From contig JAKFCY010000002.1 of NCBI GenBank assembly GCA_036676395.1, forward strand, positions 1 to 64,000: a stretch of DNA of 64,000 nucleotides. The letters run 5' to 3'. The position numbers and the translations under genes are program-made. This document shows, piece after piece, positions 50,044 through 59,141 of this stretch. The notes below the pieces were generated by a model that searched no databases, was not told the origin of the DNA, and saw only the letters and a program-made list of their open reading frames with translations. This DNA is from Bdellovibrio sp. (GTDB lineage: Bacteria > Bdellovibrionota > Bdellovibrionia > Bdellovibrionales > Bdellovibrionaceae). Position 1 is the stretch's first letter. Each line of letters begins with the position of its first letter.

Positions 50044-50814
50044 TTAGTTAATTAATTTTTTACGAATTTGCGTATAAGCCAGTGTGCATAACACTGCGCT
50101 TTGCACGATTAGAATTCCACCGTGAAATGCTAAAGCTTCAAGAATATCTTTATTCCAGAATAGAGCCTGGGCAATACGAACTCCATGAATTAACGGGAAA
50201 AAGTTGGCAATAAAACGAACGATATTATTCATTTGTTCGATCGGAAAAAAGATTCCTGATAAAAAATATAACGGGGCTATTAAAAATGAATACACCGTTT
50301 GAAATTGATTAATATTTTTTACCCACGCCGTCGCTAATAATCCCATCGCCCCGCAAGGTACTGCGACTAAACAGCCGACAATAGCCACGGCTGGGATTAA
50401 CCATGGATTTACCATTAATCCACAAAGTGCAAGTACGACGGCCACACCAACCGCCATCAATGCGCCTTTAAGGCCAACCCAAATTAATTCGCCGAACACA
50501 ACTTCTTTGACGCCGATCGGGGTTGTTAACATTGCTTTGAAAACATTTTCATAACTCATGCGAACATAAAAACCGTAGCTGCTTTCAAAAAACGAGGTGA
50601 AAAGTGCAGTAGCCACAGTTAAGCCCGGGGCTAAAAACTGCATATAGCTCATGCCTTCAACATTAGTTAAATAAGAACCCAGACCTAATCCAAGTGACAC
50701 TAAAATTAATGCAGGATCTGCAACTGTTGGTGAAATATTTGATATGAAATCTTTTTTATACACAGTCCAATTGCGGAGTGTGATGTAAAAAAATAATTGA
50801 ATGGTGTTAAGCAT
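50044..50814 (-). CDS. ABC-2 type permease (NodJ-like)
   Basis: YMQFLAPGL, MLTTPI, FLSGIFFPI. Confidence 0.88.
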   Translation of the reverse strand: MLNTIQLFFYITLRNWTVYKKDFISNISPTVADPALILVSLGLGLGSYLTNVEGMSYMQFLAPGLTVATALFTSFFESSYGFYVRMSYENVFKAMLTTPIGVKEVVFGELIWVGLKGALMAVGVAVVLALCGLMVNPWLIPAVAIVGCLVAVPCGAMGLLATAWVKNINQFQTVYSFLIAPLYFLSGIFFPIEQMNNIVRFIANFFPLIHGVRIAQALFWNKDILEALAFHGGILIVQSAVLCTLAYTQIRKKLIN

Positions 50815-51718
50815 CGGCTGTAAGTTCCTGTCCAGTGACTTTTAAAAATACATCTTCTAGATTCGAAGGTCTGATCTGAAGCGGAGTTAAATTGTTTTTC
50901 GTGTGCAAGGTTGTTAATTCATCTAATGAATTTGTGCGCACGTATAATCCTGAAGTGTCTTCAGTTAAGGTGTATGAATTATTGCTGGCGACAATTTTTT
51001 GCACTTGTTCGCGATTTTCGATAGAAAAAATGCCAACATAGCCTGGGGTGTGCAGATTAATTAATTCTTTAGGGCTGCCTTGGCCCACAACTAAACCTTT
51101 ATTCATGATCACTAGACGATTACATAAAACTTCGGCTTCGTGCATGTAATGTGTGGTTAAAACAATGGTTGTACCCTGATTGTGTAATTCTTTAACTTTA
51201 CCCCATAATAAATGGCGAACTGCCGGATCTAATCCTGTTGTGGGTTCGTCTAGAATTAATAATTCAGGTTTTCCTAAAAGCGCACGCACAAACACTAAAC
51301 GGCGTTTCATGCCGCCAGACAAAGCCATGATCGGCATATCTTTTTTGTGCATCAGATTCATGTATTCTAAAAGCTCTTCGACTCGTTTTTTACGTTCGTC
51401 TTTAGCTACGCCAATAAAAGCACAGTAGATCATCATGTTTTCAAGCACAGTTAATGATTCATCAAGGGCATTTTCTTGGGTGACCACGCCCATGCGTCTT
51501 TTAATATCACGGCTATGTGTTTTTGGATCATAACCAAAAACAGTTAAATCACCCGAGGTGCGCTGCACGCTTCCGTAAGTCATGCTGATGAAAGTGGATT
51601 TACCGGCGCCATTGGGGCCAAGTAAGCCAAAACATTCGCCCTTGTTGATTTGTAAATTTAATTCATCAACGGCTTTAAAATCGCCGAACTTTTTGACTAA
51701 CGAAGAAGCTGTTATCAT
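50807..51718 (-). CDS. ABC transporter ATP-binding protein (NodI-like)
   Basis: GECFGLLGPNGAGKS, LSGGMKRRL, DEPTTGLDP, TTHYM. Confidence 0.92.
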   Translation of the reverse strand: MITASSLVKKFGDFKAVDELNLQINKGECFGLLGPNGAGKSTFISMTYGSVQRTSGDLTVFGYDPKTHSRDIKRRMGVVTQENALDESLTVLENMMIYCAFIGVAKDERKKRVEELLEYMNLMHKKDMPIMALSGGMKRRLVFVRALLGKPELLILDEPTTGLDPAVRHLLWGKVKELHNQGTTIVLTTHYMHEAEVLCNRLVIMNKGLVVGQGSPKELINLHTPGYVGIFSIENREQVQKIVASNNSYTLTEDTSGLYVRTNSLDELTTLHTKNNLTPLQIRPSNLEDVFLKVTGQELTADA

Positions 51719-52132
51719 TTATTTTTTTTCCGCAGCTTGGTTGAACATCCAGTTCACACCAAACTTATCTGTCAACATACCAAATTTAATCGCCCAGAAG
51801 GTTTGCTGTAACGGCATTGTGATTTTTCCGCCAGCAGCTAATTTATTAAAAGCTTCAGCGGGATCAGTATTTTTATCATAATTAACCGATAATTGAATAT
51901 TATTACCAATTGAAACATCGTTTCCAGAATGAGAATCTGACGCCAGCAATTCAGTGCCGCGAATTTTAAAAACTGTATGAATAATTTTGTTTTTTGATTC
52001 GTCGGCCACATCAGTCGGTGTGTCACCATAGCGTGTAGTAAATAACACTTCGCCGTTAAATGTTTGGCAATAAAATTTGACGGCCTCTTCGCAGTTGCCA
52101 TTGAATAAAAGATAAGTTTGTAATCCTGCCAT
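51719..52132 (-). CDS. VOC family protein (PhnB/YjdN-like)
   Basis: YLLFNGNCEEAVKFY..IIH..MPLQQTFWA..DKFGVNWM; ATG 52132 after AAGGAG. Confidence 0.9.
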   Translation of the reverse strand: MAGLQTYLLFNGNCEEAVKFYCQTFNGEVLFTTRYGDTPTDVADESKNKIIHTVFKIRGTELLASDSHSGNDVSIGNNIQLSVNYDKNTDPAEAFNKLAAGGKITMPLQQTFWAIKFGMLTDKFGVNWMFNQAAEKK

Positions 52133-52191
52133 TGGGTGCTCCTTTGCGGGTTGTTTCAAAGATTGCCCATCTTAGCCCAAGATGCCAGACT

Positions 52192-52422
52192 ATGAAAATG
52201 AAAATCACCGTGGCTGTGAAGCCTAACAGCAAAAAAGAATTGGTCGAACAAATGCCCGATGGCACATATACGGTTCGCGTTAACGTGCCTCCGGTAGAAG
52301 GTAAAGCCAATGAGCGGGTGATTGAACTGTTGTCTGAACACTTCAGACGGCCCAAGTCATTGATTACACTAGTTAGTGGGTTAAAAAGTAAAAAGAAAAT
52401 ATTTTCGATCGGGAGTAAATAA
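52192..52422 (+). CDS. DUF167 (YggU/UPF0235) protein
   Basis: VKPNSK..PPVEGKAN..SG.KSKKK. Confidence 0.88.
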   Translation: MKMKITVAVKPNSKKELVEQMPDGTYTVRVNVPPVEGKANERVIELLSEHFRRPKSLITLVSGLKSKKKIFSIGSK

Positions 52423-52426
52423 AACG

Positions 52427-53185
52427 ATGAAAAAATTATTTGTTATTATCACTGGGTTATTTCTATTTGCAGGTTGCGCTTCGATTCGAACCGACTCGTC
52501 AAATCCCACCCTGCAAAGCCCGATCACGACCACTTCAGAAAAATTAGGTTTTAATTTAGAACTGGGTTCATCAGATCGAATTAAATTTACCGATGATGCC
52601 AGCGCAAGACCACCAACGATTGCTTTAGTGCATAGCCGCAGTAATGATGTGCGTGCGAATTTACTTTACGGTATTAATCAAAGTCTTGATATCAGTGCCG
52701 GTATCACCAGCAGTGCGGGGTTAAATTTAGCTTCGCGCCTGCGTTTAATGGGTGACCACGCCTCAACCTGGTCGATGGCCGGAACATTGTTTCTAAATTT
52801 TGATAATAGTTCAAAATCTGGTGATCAATTGGGTGAATTTGGCCCGGGTGGTTATAACTGGAAAGCTGATGCAAGTTCTACTTTAGCCGCTCTAGGCATT
52901 GCTGTCGGTTACCGTAGTTCAGAAAATTTATTATTCATTGCCAATGCCGGCGTTGGCCAAACCACAGCCAAGTTAGAAATTACGCAGGAGCCTGGAACCA
53001 GCGATCCTGGCGGAAGTTACAGCAGTGATACTAAAGCGCCATTACATAATTTAGGCGTAGGCGCCGTTTTTGGTCGTGATGGTTTAGTGACCTTAGGTGT
53101 GATGCACACGCGCAAACAGTGGCAAGATTCAAGCTTAGGTGATACATCTACGACACACGCCATTTTAAAATTAGAGACACATTAA
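52427..53185 (+). CDS. Hypothetical lipoprotein, beta-rich
   Basis: Lipobox LFAG-C; amphipathic beta-strand pattern. Confidence 0.65.
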   Translation: MKKLFVIITGLFLFAGCASIRTDSSNPTLQSPITTTSEKLGFNLELGSSDRIKFTDDASARPPTIALVHSRSNDVRANLLYGINQSLDISAGITSSAGLNLASRLRLMGDHASTWSMAGTLFLNFDNSSKSGDQLGEFGPGGYNWKADASSTLAALGIAVGYRSSENLLFIANAGVGQTTAKLEITQEPGTSDPGGSYSSDTKAPLHNLGVGAVFGRDGLVTLGVMHTRKQWQDSSLGDTSTTHAILKLETH

Positions 53186-53186
53186 T

Positions 53187-53810
53187 ATGAAATATTGGAT
53201 ATTTGATTTAGACGGAACCCTAGTAGATTCATTCGGTGGTTATTTTTCAACTGTCGAAAAAATTTTAAATAAAACAATGAGTACTGAAGAGCGCAAAGTT
53301 TGTGTAAGCCTGCATCCGACAGATTTATTTGCAATGCATTTGCCGCCAGAAAAAAGCAAAGAAGCTTTAATGGAGCTTCGTCGCATGGACCCCGCAGCTG
53401 TAGCTAATGTGGCAAAATTTTCTGCAATTGATAATTTGTTTCAGCATTTAAAAGCCAAGGGCTGTCATATCTCTATTTTTACCAGCCGCGATTTAACGTC
53501 AGCTAAGATGACTATTAAAGGTGCGGGCTTACATCAATATGTCGATCATTTAATTTCTGGCGACTGCGTGTCTGAGAAAAAACCAAATCCAGAAGGCCTA
53601 CACCAGTTACAAAAACTATATAACTGTAAATACGAAGACATGGTCATGATCGGTGATCATGACTGTGATATGCAAGCTGGCACACAAGTTGGCGCTTATT
53701 CAGTGCGCGCCAGCTGGCATACGCACTGGGAGCACGAAAACTGCGAATTGGCGAATCAGCAATTTCATTCTGATGATCATTTCTTATCGTGGGTTAAAGA
53801 AACTATCTAA
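53187..53810 (+). CDS. HAD family hydrolase (phosphoglycolate phosphatase-like)
   Basis: FDLDGTLVDS, FTS, KPNP, IGDHDCD. Confidence 0.9.
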   Translation: MKYWIFDLDGTLVDSFGGYFSTVEKILNKTMSTEERKVCVSLHPTDLFAMHLPPEKSKEALMELRRMDPAAVANVAKFSAIDNLFQHLKAKGCHISIFTSRDLTSAKMTIKGAGLHQYVDHLISGDCVSEKKPNPEGLHQLQKLYNCKYEDMVMIGDHDCDMQAGTQVGAYSVRASWHTHWEHENCELANQQFHSDDHFLSWVKETI

Positions 53811-54715
53811 AGAATTTCGCTTAAAGCTTTTTGGCAAACGACGAATATTTTATCACTGACGATTTTTAATCGCGCTGATGAAGACATGGATATCGGTGAC
53901 ACCATTGAAACGGGAAAGCCCACGTTGCTCCATCCAGGTAAGACTCTAACTAATCTTTTTTGCTGGAGCTCTTGTTTTGCCAGATAACTCGGTACCAGCG
54001 CCACGCCGCCACCGGCAATAGCTACTTGCAGTAAACTTGTCATTTGATTGCTTTCAGTTTTAACGTTGATTGCAACCTTTGCAGATTCTTTTTTATTTTT
54101 TAAATCCCAACGTTGTGACACTGATAAACCTGCAATACTTAAACAATCGTGTTTTGCCAAATCCTGGGGTGAATTTATTTTTTCGCGTTTTTCTAAATAC
54201 TGCGGCGATGCGACCGGTATCAAATTCACTTCACCGATGCGTTTGGCTTTTAAGCCGCTTTGTTTAAGCGCACCGATGCGAATCGCAAAATCAAAACCAT
54301 CTTTCACTAAATCAATCACTTGGTTGGTGTAATACAATTCAAAAGAAAGCTTGTCATAAATTTGCGATAGTTCACCGATCATCGGGGCAATAACATGCGT
54401 GCCTAAATCTTCTGGAGCGGTGATTCTGATTTTTCCGGCAACGATAGCATCTTGGCCAAATAGGGATTTTTGGGCGTCTTCTAAAATTTGTAGTGGTTCT
54501 AAACAGGTCTCATAAAAGGCGCGACCAGAAGCTGTTAAGGTTTGGCTGCGCGTGGTGCGGATTAAAAGTTTTGTGCCGGTTTCGCGCTCTAAGCGAGAGA
54601 TCGCTTTACTGACCGTAGATTTAGGAATTTTCAATGAATCCGCAGCCTTAGAGAAGCTGCCGTGCTGAATGACTTTGACAAAAATGCGGGTCAGTTCAAT
54701 TCCTATTGTTTCCAT
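53807..54715 (-). CDS. LysR family regulator (CrgA/DmlR-like)
   Basis: FVKVIQHGSFSKAA..KSTVSKAISRLE..RTTR, DLVKDGFDFAIR. Confidence 0.95.
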   Translation of the reverse strand: METIGIELTRIFVKVIQHGSFSKAADSLKIPKSTVSKAISRLERETGTKLLIRTTRSQTLTASGRAFYETCLEPLQILEDAQKSLFGQDAIVAGKIRITAPEDLGTHVIAPMIGELSQIYDKLSFELYYTNQVIDLVKDGFDFAIRIGALKQSGLKAKRIGEVNLIPVASPQYLEKREKINSPQDLAKHDCLSIAGLSVSQRWDLKNKKESAKVAINVKTESNQMTSLLQVAIAGGGVALVPSYLAKQELQQKRLVRVLPGWSNVGFPVSMVSPISMSSSARLKIVSDKIFVVCQKALSEIL

Positions 54716-54726
54716 ATAGAAACAAT
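54705..54726. promoter_or_regulatory. LysR recognition site overlapping the LysR start
   Basis: ATTGTTTC-CATATA-GAAACAAT inverted repeat between divergent genes. Confidence 0.65.
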
Positions 54727-54812
54727 GTAATTCAATCAGACCATCTAATCAACAATCGAAAACTAGGCGATAATGTTTGCATACAGTCATTCATCAAACA
54801 AAAGGAGTTTAT

Positions 54813-55658
54813 ATGAAAAAAGATTTAATATTAGTGGTTGGGGCATCAGGCACCGTGGGTTCTGAAATCGTTCGTCAGTTAAAAGCAGAAGGTTATGCTG
54901 TTCGTGCAACCACCAGTAAACCAGTTAGCGAAAATACTTCAGAATTAGTTCATGTGAATATGGCTACTGGCGAAGGCATCAAAGCAGCCTTTGAAAATGT
55001 CGATAAGGCATTTTTACTATCGCCTCCGGGTTACGCCGATCAGTACGCGATGTTATCGCCCTTAGTTCAAGAAGCTAAACGCCGGGCTTTAAAAAAAGTA
55101 GTGTTAATGACAGCTATGGGAGCCAATGCTAATGAAGCTGCCCCATTTCGTAAAGTAGAAATCGAATTAGAAAAATCGGGTTTAAATTATAACATCATCC
55201 GCCCGAATTGGTTTATGCAAAATTTTAACTCGTTCTGGTTGCAAGGTATTCGCGAACAGAAAAAAATTCTATTACCAGCCGGTAAAGCTAAAGTAAGTTT
55301 TATTGATGCCCGCGATATTTCAACAGTGGCGACTAAATTATTAATCAGTGATGAATTTAATAATAAAGATTTTGATTTAACTGGTCCACAAGCTGTCGAT
55401 CATGATTATGTAGCCGCACAGATCAGTACAGCTACTGAAGATACAATTACTTATAAAGAAACTACACCAGAAGAATTTCGTCAGGGTTTAACCGCTGCAG
55501 GTCTACCCAATGATTATGTCGATTTTATGGTAATGATTATGGGATTTTTACGTGAAGGTTACAGCGCCGCTGTAAATGATAATGTTAAAAAAATCACTGG
55601 CCGCGAAGCCATTGCCGTTTCGCAATATGCGCAAGATTATAAAAATTCTTGGAAGTAG
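54813..55658 (+). CDS. NmrA-like/atypical SDR NAD(P)H-binding oxidoreductase
   Basis: VGASGTVG, IRPNWFMQN, FIDARDI; AAGGAG SD. Confidence 0.9.
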   Translation: MKKDLILVVGASGTVGSEIVRQLKAEGYAVRATTSKPVSENTSELVHVNMATGEGIKAAFENVDKAFLLSPPGYADQYAMLSPLVQEAKRRALKKVVLMTAMGANANEAAPFRKVEIELEKSGLNYNIIRPNWFMQNFNSFWLQGIREQKKILLPAGKAKVSFIDARDISTVATKLLISDEFNNKDFDLTGPQAVDHDYVAAQISTATEDTITYKETTPEEFRQGLTAAGLPNDYVDFMVMIMGFLREGYSAAVNDNVKKITGREAIAVSQYAQDYKNSWK

Positions 55659-55745
55659 CTGAATGTAGATTAGGGAAATTCGCCACTGTGGCGGGTGAAA
55701 AGGCTACGTCGACGTTCCCATTATATCCTATTGACCTTCTGCGCT

Positions 55746-55761
55746 TGGCGACTTTTTTGCA
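55746..55761 (+). promoter_or_regulatory. Candidate sigma54 promoter of RR-porin-kinase operon
   Basis: TGGCGACTTTTTTGCA (GG-N10-GC). Confidence 0.55.
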
Positions 55762-55790
55762 CAAATTGCCCAATGCAGAGGGGTGTATTT

Positions 55791-56300
55791 ATGAAGACAG
55801 ATAAACATTTTATATTTTTGGTTGAAGATAATGCCGATGATGAAGCGTTAACATTACGCGCCCTGAAGAAAAATAACATCAGCAATCAAGTCATTGTGGC
55901 TCGTGATGGAGCAGAGGCTTTAGAATTTTTGTTTGCCGAAGGCAAATACGCCGACCGTGACATGACGGTACAGCCGCAAGTGATGTTGCTTGATTTAAAC
56001 CTGCCAAAAATTGATGGATTAAACGTTTTAAAAAAAATGCGCAGTGACGAGCGCACGAAACTGATTCCAGTGGTGATCTTAACATCGTCAAAAGAAGACC
56101 AAGATATTATTGAAGGTTATAGTTTAGGCGCCAACAGTTATGTGCGTAAACCTGTGGATTTCAACGATTTCAGCGAAGCTATTCGTCAACTTGGACTTTA
56201 TTGGTTAATACTAAATGAAGTCGCAAAAGCTCCGCAGACAGATCAGATGGCGCAAATTAATCGTGCACCGGCAGAAAATAAATCATTCACTCATCACTAG
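55791..56300 (+). CDS. Single-domain response regulator (Rcp1-like)
   Basis: LVEDNADD, LLDLNLPKIDG, LTSS, ANSYVRKPVDF..YW; ATG 55791 after GAGGGG. Confidence 0.92.
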   Translation: MKTDKHFIFLVEDNADDEALTLRALKKNNISNQVIVARDGAEALEFLFAEGKYADRDMTVQPQVMLLDLNLPKIDGLNVLKKMRSDERTKLIPVVILTSSKEDQDIIEGYSLGANSYVRKPVDFNDFSEAIRQLGLYWLILNEVAKAPQTDQMAQINRAPAENKSFTHH

Positions 56301-56315
56301 CTTCGGGAGCCCAGC

Positions 56316-57500
56316 GTGAAACTTTTTTTTCTGGTCATGATAATTTCTATTTCTGTTTCTGCGGCAGAAACTAAAACCGCAGATGGTAACGCTATTGAAG
56401 ATATCGAACAGCGAATTATCGAATTAGAACAACGTCAAAAAGACATTAACATCTGGTACGAAAATTTTTATCTTTTAGGAAAAGGCAGAGTAGCGCCATT
56501 TTTAGGAGAAAGCATGTCGATTGGCGGTTTTTTTGAAACTGCGGTGACTCATCTTTACGGACCAGATATGGCAACGCAAACTTCAGGAAATATTCATACT
56601 TTAGGTTTAAATTTAGCTGCGCAGTTTAATGAAAAAACTAAATTTGTAACTCAGACTGTGACTCGATTAGTAATTCCGCTCAGAAATTTAAATAACAATC
56701 CTAATTTAACCCCACCACAGCGTGGTTTTGTGGGTTATAACTTTTTTTCAATCGTAGCTCAGGGTTATCTTGAATATCGAATCTCAGATTTTGTTACTGT
56801 GCAGTCTGGTCTTGGTTATACGCCCTTCGGAATTGCTTCGCAGCAACGCGAACCGCAGTTGTTTCGCCTGCGGGGTGGTTCACAAATCATTGCCTATGAC
56901 GACGGAGACACCATAGGAATTTTATCTCCGCTATGGACAGGTTTGCATTTTTACGGTGTTGTACCAGTGAATCGCAATCTTGGTTATAATGTGTATACAT
57001 TTACTCCGGTGACTAAAGTTTCAACCTTGGGAATCGGTGGCAGACTTTGGTATAAAGCCAGCGAAAATGTGATGATCGGAACCTCAGCACAGTCGGGTGA
57101 ACAGGCTAAAGGGCATTTTTTTTCACACGGATTTGATGTGGATTTAAAATACAATGAGTATGGTTTTGTGTCTGAATATGGACATGCAACTAATTCTGGT
57201 AATGTGCTTGATGCAGAGTTTTATTATTTTGAACCCTACGTGAAATTTGCAAAAGATCGATGGATGTTTTTTTTAAACGCTGAATATATTGATACTCTCG
57301 AGCGTACCGATGTTTTTACTCACCTTCCAGATCCGGTTAAAAAATGGCAATACGGTGGGGGACTCAATTGGCTGCCGATACCGAATGCGCGTTTGCGTTT
57401 AACTTATTTGTATCATGATTATATTGATGAAACTAATACGATCAGTGGGCAAGAGCGTGATTACAACGTCATTGATTTTTCAACGGCAGTAGCCTTTTAG
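56316..57500 (+). CDS. Porin-like outer-membrane beta-barrel with N-terminal coiled coil (paralog A)
   Basis: Signal peptide, heptad IEDIEQRIIELEQRQ, QGYLEY..G..PFG, aromatic-rich strands, C-terminal AVAF. Confidence 0.72.
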   Translation: MKLFFLVMIISISVSAAETKTADGNAIEDIEQRIIELEQRQKDINIWYENFYLLGKGRVAPFLGESMSIGGFFETAVTHLYGPDMATQTSGNIHTLGLNLAAQFNEKTKFVTQTVTRLVIPLRNLNNNPNLTPPQRGFVGYNFFSIVAQGYLEYRISDFVTVQSGLGYTPFGIASQQREPQLFRLRGGSQIIAYDDGDTIGILSPLWTGLHFYGVVPVNRNLGYNVYTFTPVTKVSTLGIGGRLWYKASENVMIGTSAQSGEQAKGHFFSHGFDVDLKYNEYGFVSEYGHATNSGNVLDAEFYYFEPYVKFAKDRWMFFLNAEYIDTLERTDVFTHLPDPVKKWQYGGGLNWLPIPNARLRLTYLYHDYIDETNTISGQERDYNVIDFSTAVAF

Positions 57501-57507
57501 GTATAAG

Positions 57508-58689
57508 ATGCGGTTGATAATTGCTGTAACTATTTTTTCTTTAACTTTAATCGCACAAGCTAGCTTGGCCTCAGAAAAAATTGCCGAGCTTCAACAGCGT
57601 TTGCACGATCTCGAAATGCAGCAAAAAGAAATAGAAGACTGGTACACTAATTTTTATTTTTTAGGTAAAGACCGTGTGAGTTCGTTCTTGGATAATAAAA
57701 TTTTTTTGGGTGGATATTTTGAAACTAGTATTTCTAATATTAGTGGCCCAGATATGCCAACCCAAACATCTTCACAAAACCAGGCTTTAGGCATTAGTGT
57801 TACGGCGGAACTGAATGAAAACATTCGATTAGTTACCCAGACGTTAACAGCCGGTGGTATTCCTTTGCGCAATCAACATAACAACCCAAATTTGACGCCA
57901 ACACGCCGTGAGTATTCAGGTTATGTTTTTGGCTCTCTGCTGGCTCAGGGGTATTTAGAATACAGGCCAGGCAATTTTTTTAATTTACAAGCGGGATTAG
58001 GCTATATTCCCTTTGGAATAGCTTATCAACAGCGCGAACCAGTTTTATTTAAGAAGCGTGGGGGGCCACAAATGCTGCTTAATGATGATGGAACTGGCGT
58101 GGGTATCGCTTCAGCGCTTTGGATGGGATTGCATGTTTATGGATTGCTTCCTCTTGAGAAAAAAAGCTTAGGCTACAATTTGTATACAGTTCCTCCAGCA
58201 AGTAAAGTGAATATGATTGGAGCGGGCGGCAGACTTTGGTGGGCCGTGAATGAAAATTTAAAAACCGGCGTCTCTTTTCAATATGGAGAAAAAGTTCAGA
58301 ACAGTTATTTGAGTCAAGGTGTAGACATCGATTTCAAACATGGCAACTATGGATTTTTAAGTGAATATGCGGTCGTTGATTATTCGGGAAATAATTTAAG
58401 CGCAAAAAGTTATTATTTTGAACCCTACTATAAACTTTTCGAAGGCCGATGGATTGTTTTTGTAAACATAGACTATATAAAATTACCTACTCGGGTTGAT
58501 GCAGCTACGCAAACGCCTGATCCTATCGAAAAACGGTTTTATGGGGCCGGAGTTAATTGGTTGCCACTGCCTACAGTTCGGCTTCGGTTGAATTATTTAA
58601 AACACGATTACATTAAAGAAACTGATAGTATCGACGGGCAGAAACGTGACTATGCCCAAGTCGAATTTTCAATGGCCGTGGCCTTTTAG
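57508..58689 (+). CDS. Porin-like outer-membrane beta-barrel with N-terminal coiled coil (paralog B)
   Basis: Collinear with paralog A (NNPNLTP, AQGYLEYR, QQREP, YYFEPY, NWLP, GQ.RDY, AVAF). Confidence 0.72.
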   Translation: MRLIIAVTIFSLTLIAQASLASEKIAELQQRLHDLEMQQKEIEDWYTNFYFLGKDRVSSFLDNKIFLGGYFETSISNISGPDMPTQTSSQNQALGISVTAELNENIRLVTQTLTAGGIPLRNQHNNPNLTPTRREYSGYVFGSLLAQGYLEYRPGNFFNLQAGLGYIPFGIAYQQREPVLFKKRGGPQMLLNDDGTGVGIASALWMGLHVYGLLPLEKKSLGYNLYTVPPASKVNMIGAGGRLWWAVNENLKTGVSFQYGEKVQNSYLSQGVDIDFKHGNYGFLSEYAVVDYSGNNLSAKSYYFEPYYKLFEGRWIVFVNIDYIKLPTRVDAATQTPDPIEKRFYGAGVNWLPLPTVRLRLNYLKHDYIKETDSIDGQKRDYAQVEFSMAVAF

Positions 58690-58697
58690 GAAAAAAA

Positions 58698-59138
58698 ATG
58701 ACTCTGCGAAATTACATAATCATTATTACGATCATGTTAGCTTTGCAAATAGCATTGGCACAATCTGATGATGTCGTGTTTATTGTCAATGCCGAAAATC
58801 CGGCCGAGAAAATAACTGTTACAGAAATTCGCGATTTCTATTTTAAACGTAAACGCCGCTGGAACAACGGCGAAAGTATTCGCTTTATGGATAGAACTAA
58901 TGGGCCCCTGCGCGAAAAATTTTTAAAAAAGTACATTAATAAAACAACCTCTGATGTTGAACTTTTCTGGATCGGCCAAAAACTTTATTCGGGAGACAGC
59001 GCACCCTTAAAAGAAGCCTCTGATTCTACCACGATGCGTTTCGTGGGTTCGCTTAAAGGAGCGATCGGCTATGTCTCAGAAGCTACGGTTTTACGTAAAA
59101 ATGTAAAAGTGATTAAAGTAGAAAGTGTAGAGGAATAG
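58698..59138 (+). CDS. Small periplasmic protein, PstS-like substrate-binding fold (single lobe)
   Basis: Signal peptide; VFIVNAENP..IRDFY..W..F..W..G..P..FVGSLKGAIGYV. Confidence 0.75.
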   Translation: MTLRNYIIIITIMLALQIALAQSDDVVFIVNAENPAEKITVTEIRDFYFKRKRRWNNGESIRFMDRTNGPLREKFLKKYINKTTSDVELFWIGQKLYSGDSAPLKEASDSTTMRFVGSLKGAIGYVSEATVLRKNVKVIKVESVEE

Positions 59139-59141
59139 TCT

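Noticed and set aside
50044..51718. Nodulation (Nod factor export) function
   Set aside because: No nodABC present; NodIJ-like ABC-2 exporters are widespread outside rhizobia
55673..55721. GGGAA..GCCACTG..GGTGAAA..TTCCC resembling cobalamin riboswitch words
   Set aside because: Elements are in the wrong order, the region is too short, and it lies upstream of the predicted promoter; more likely a terminator hairpin or activator site
58698..59138. Calling this gene pstS of a phosphate ABC transporter
   Set aside because: About half the expected size, and no pstCAB or phoU nearby
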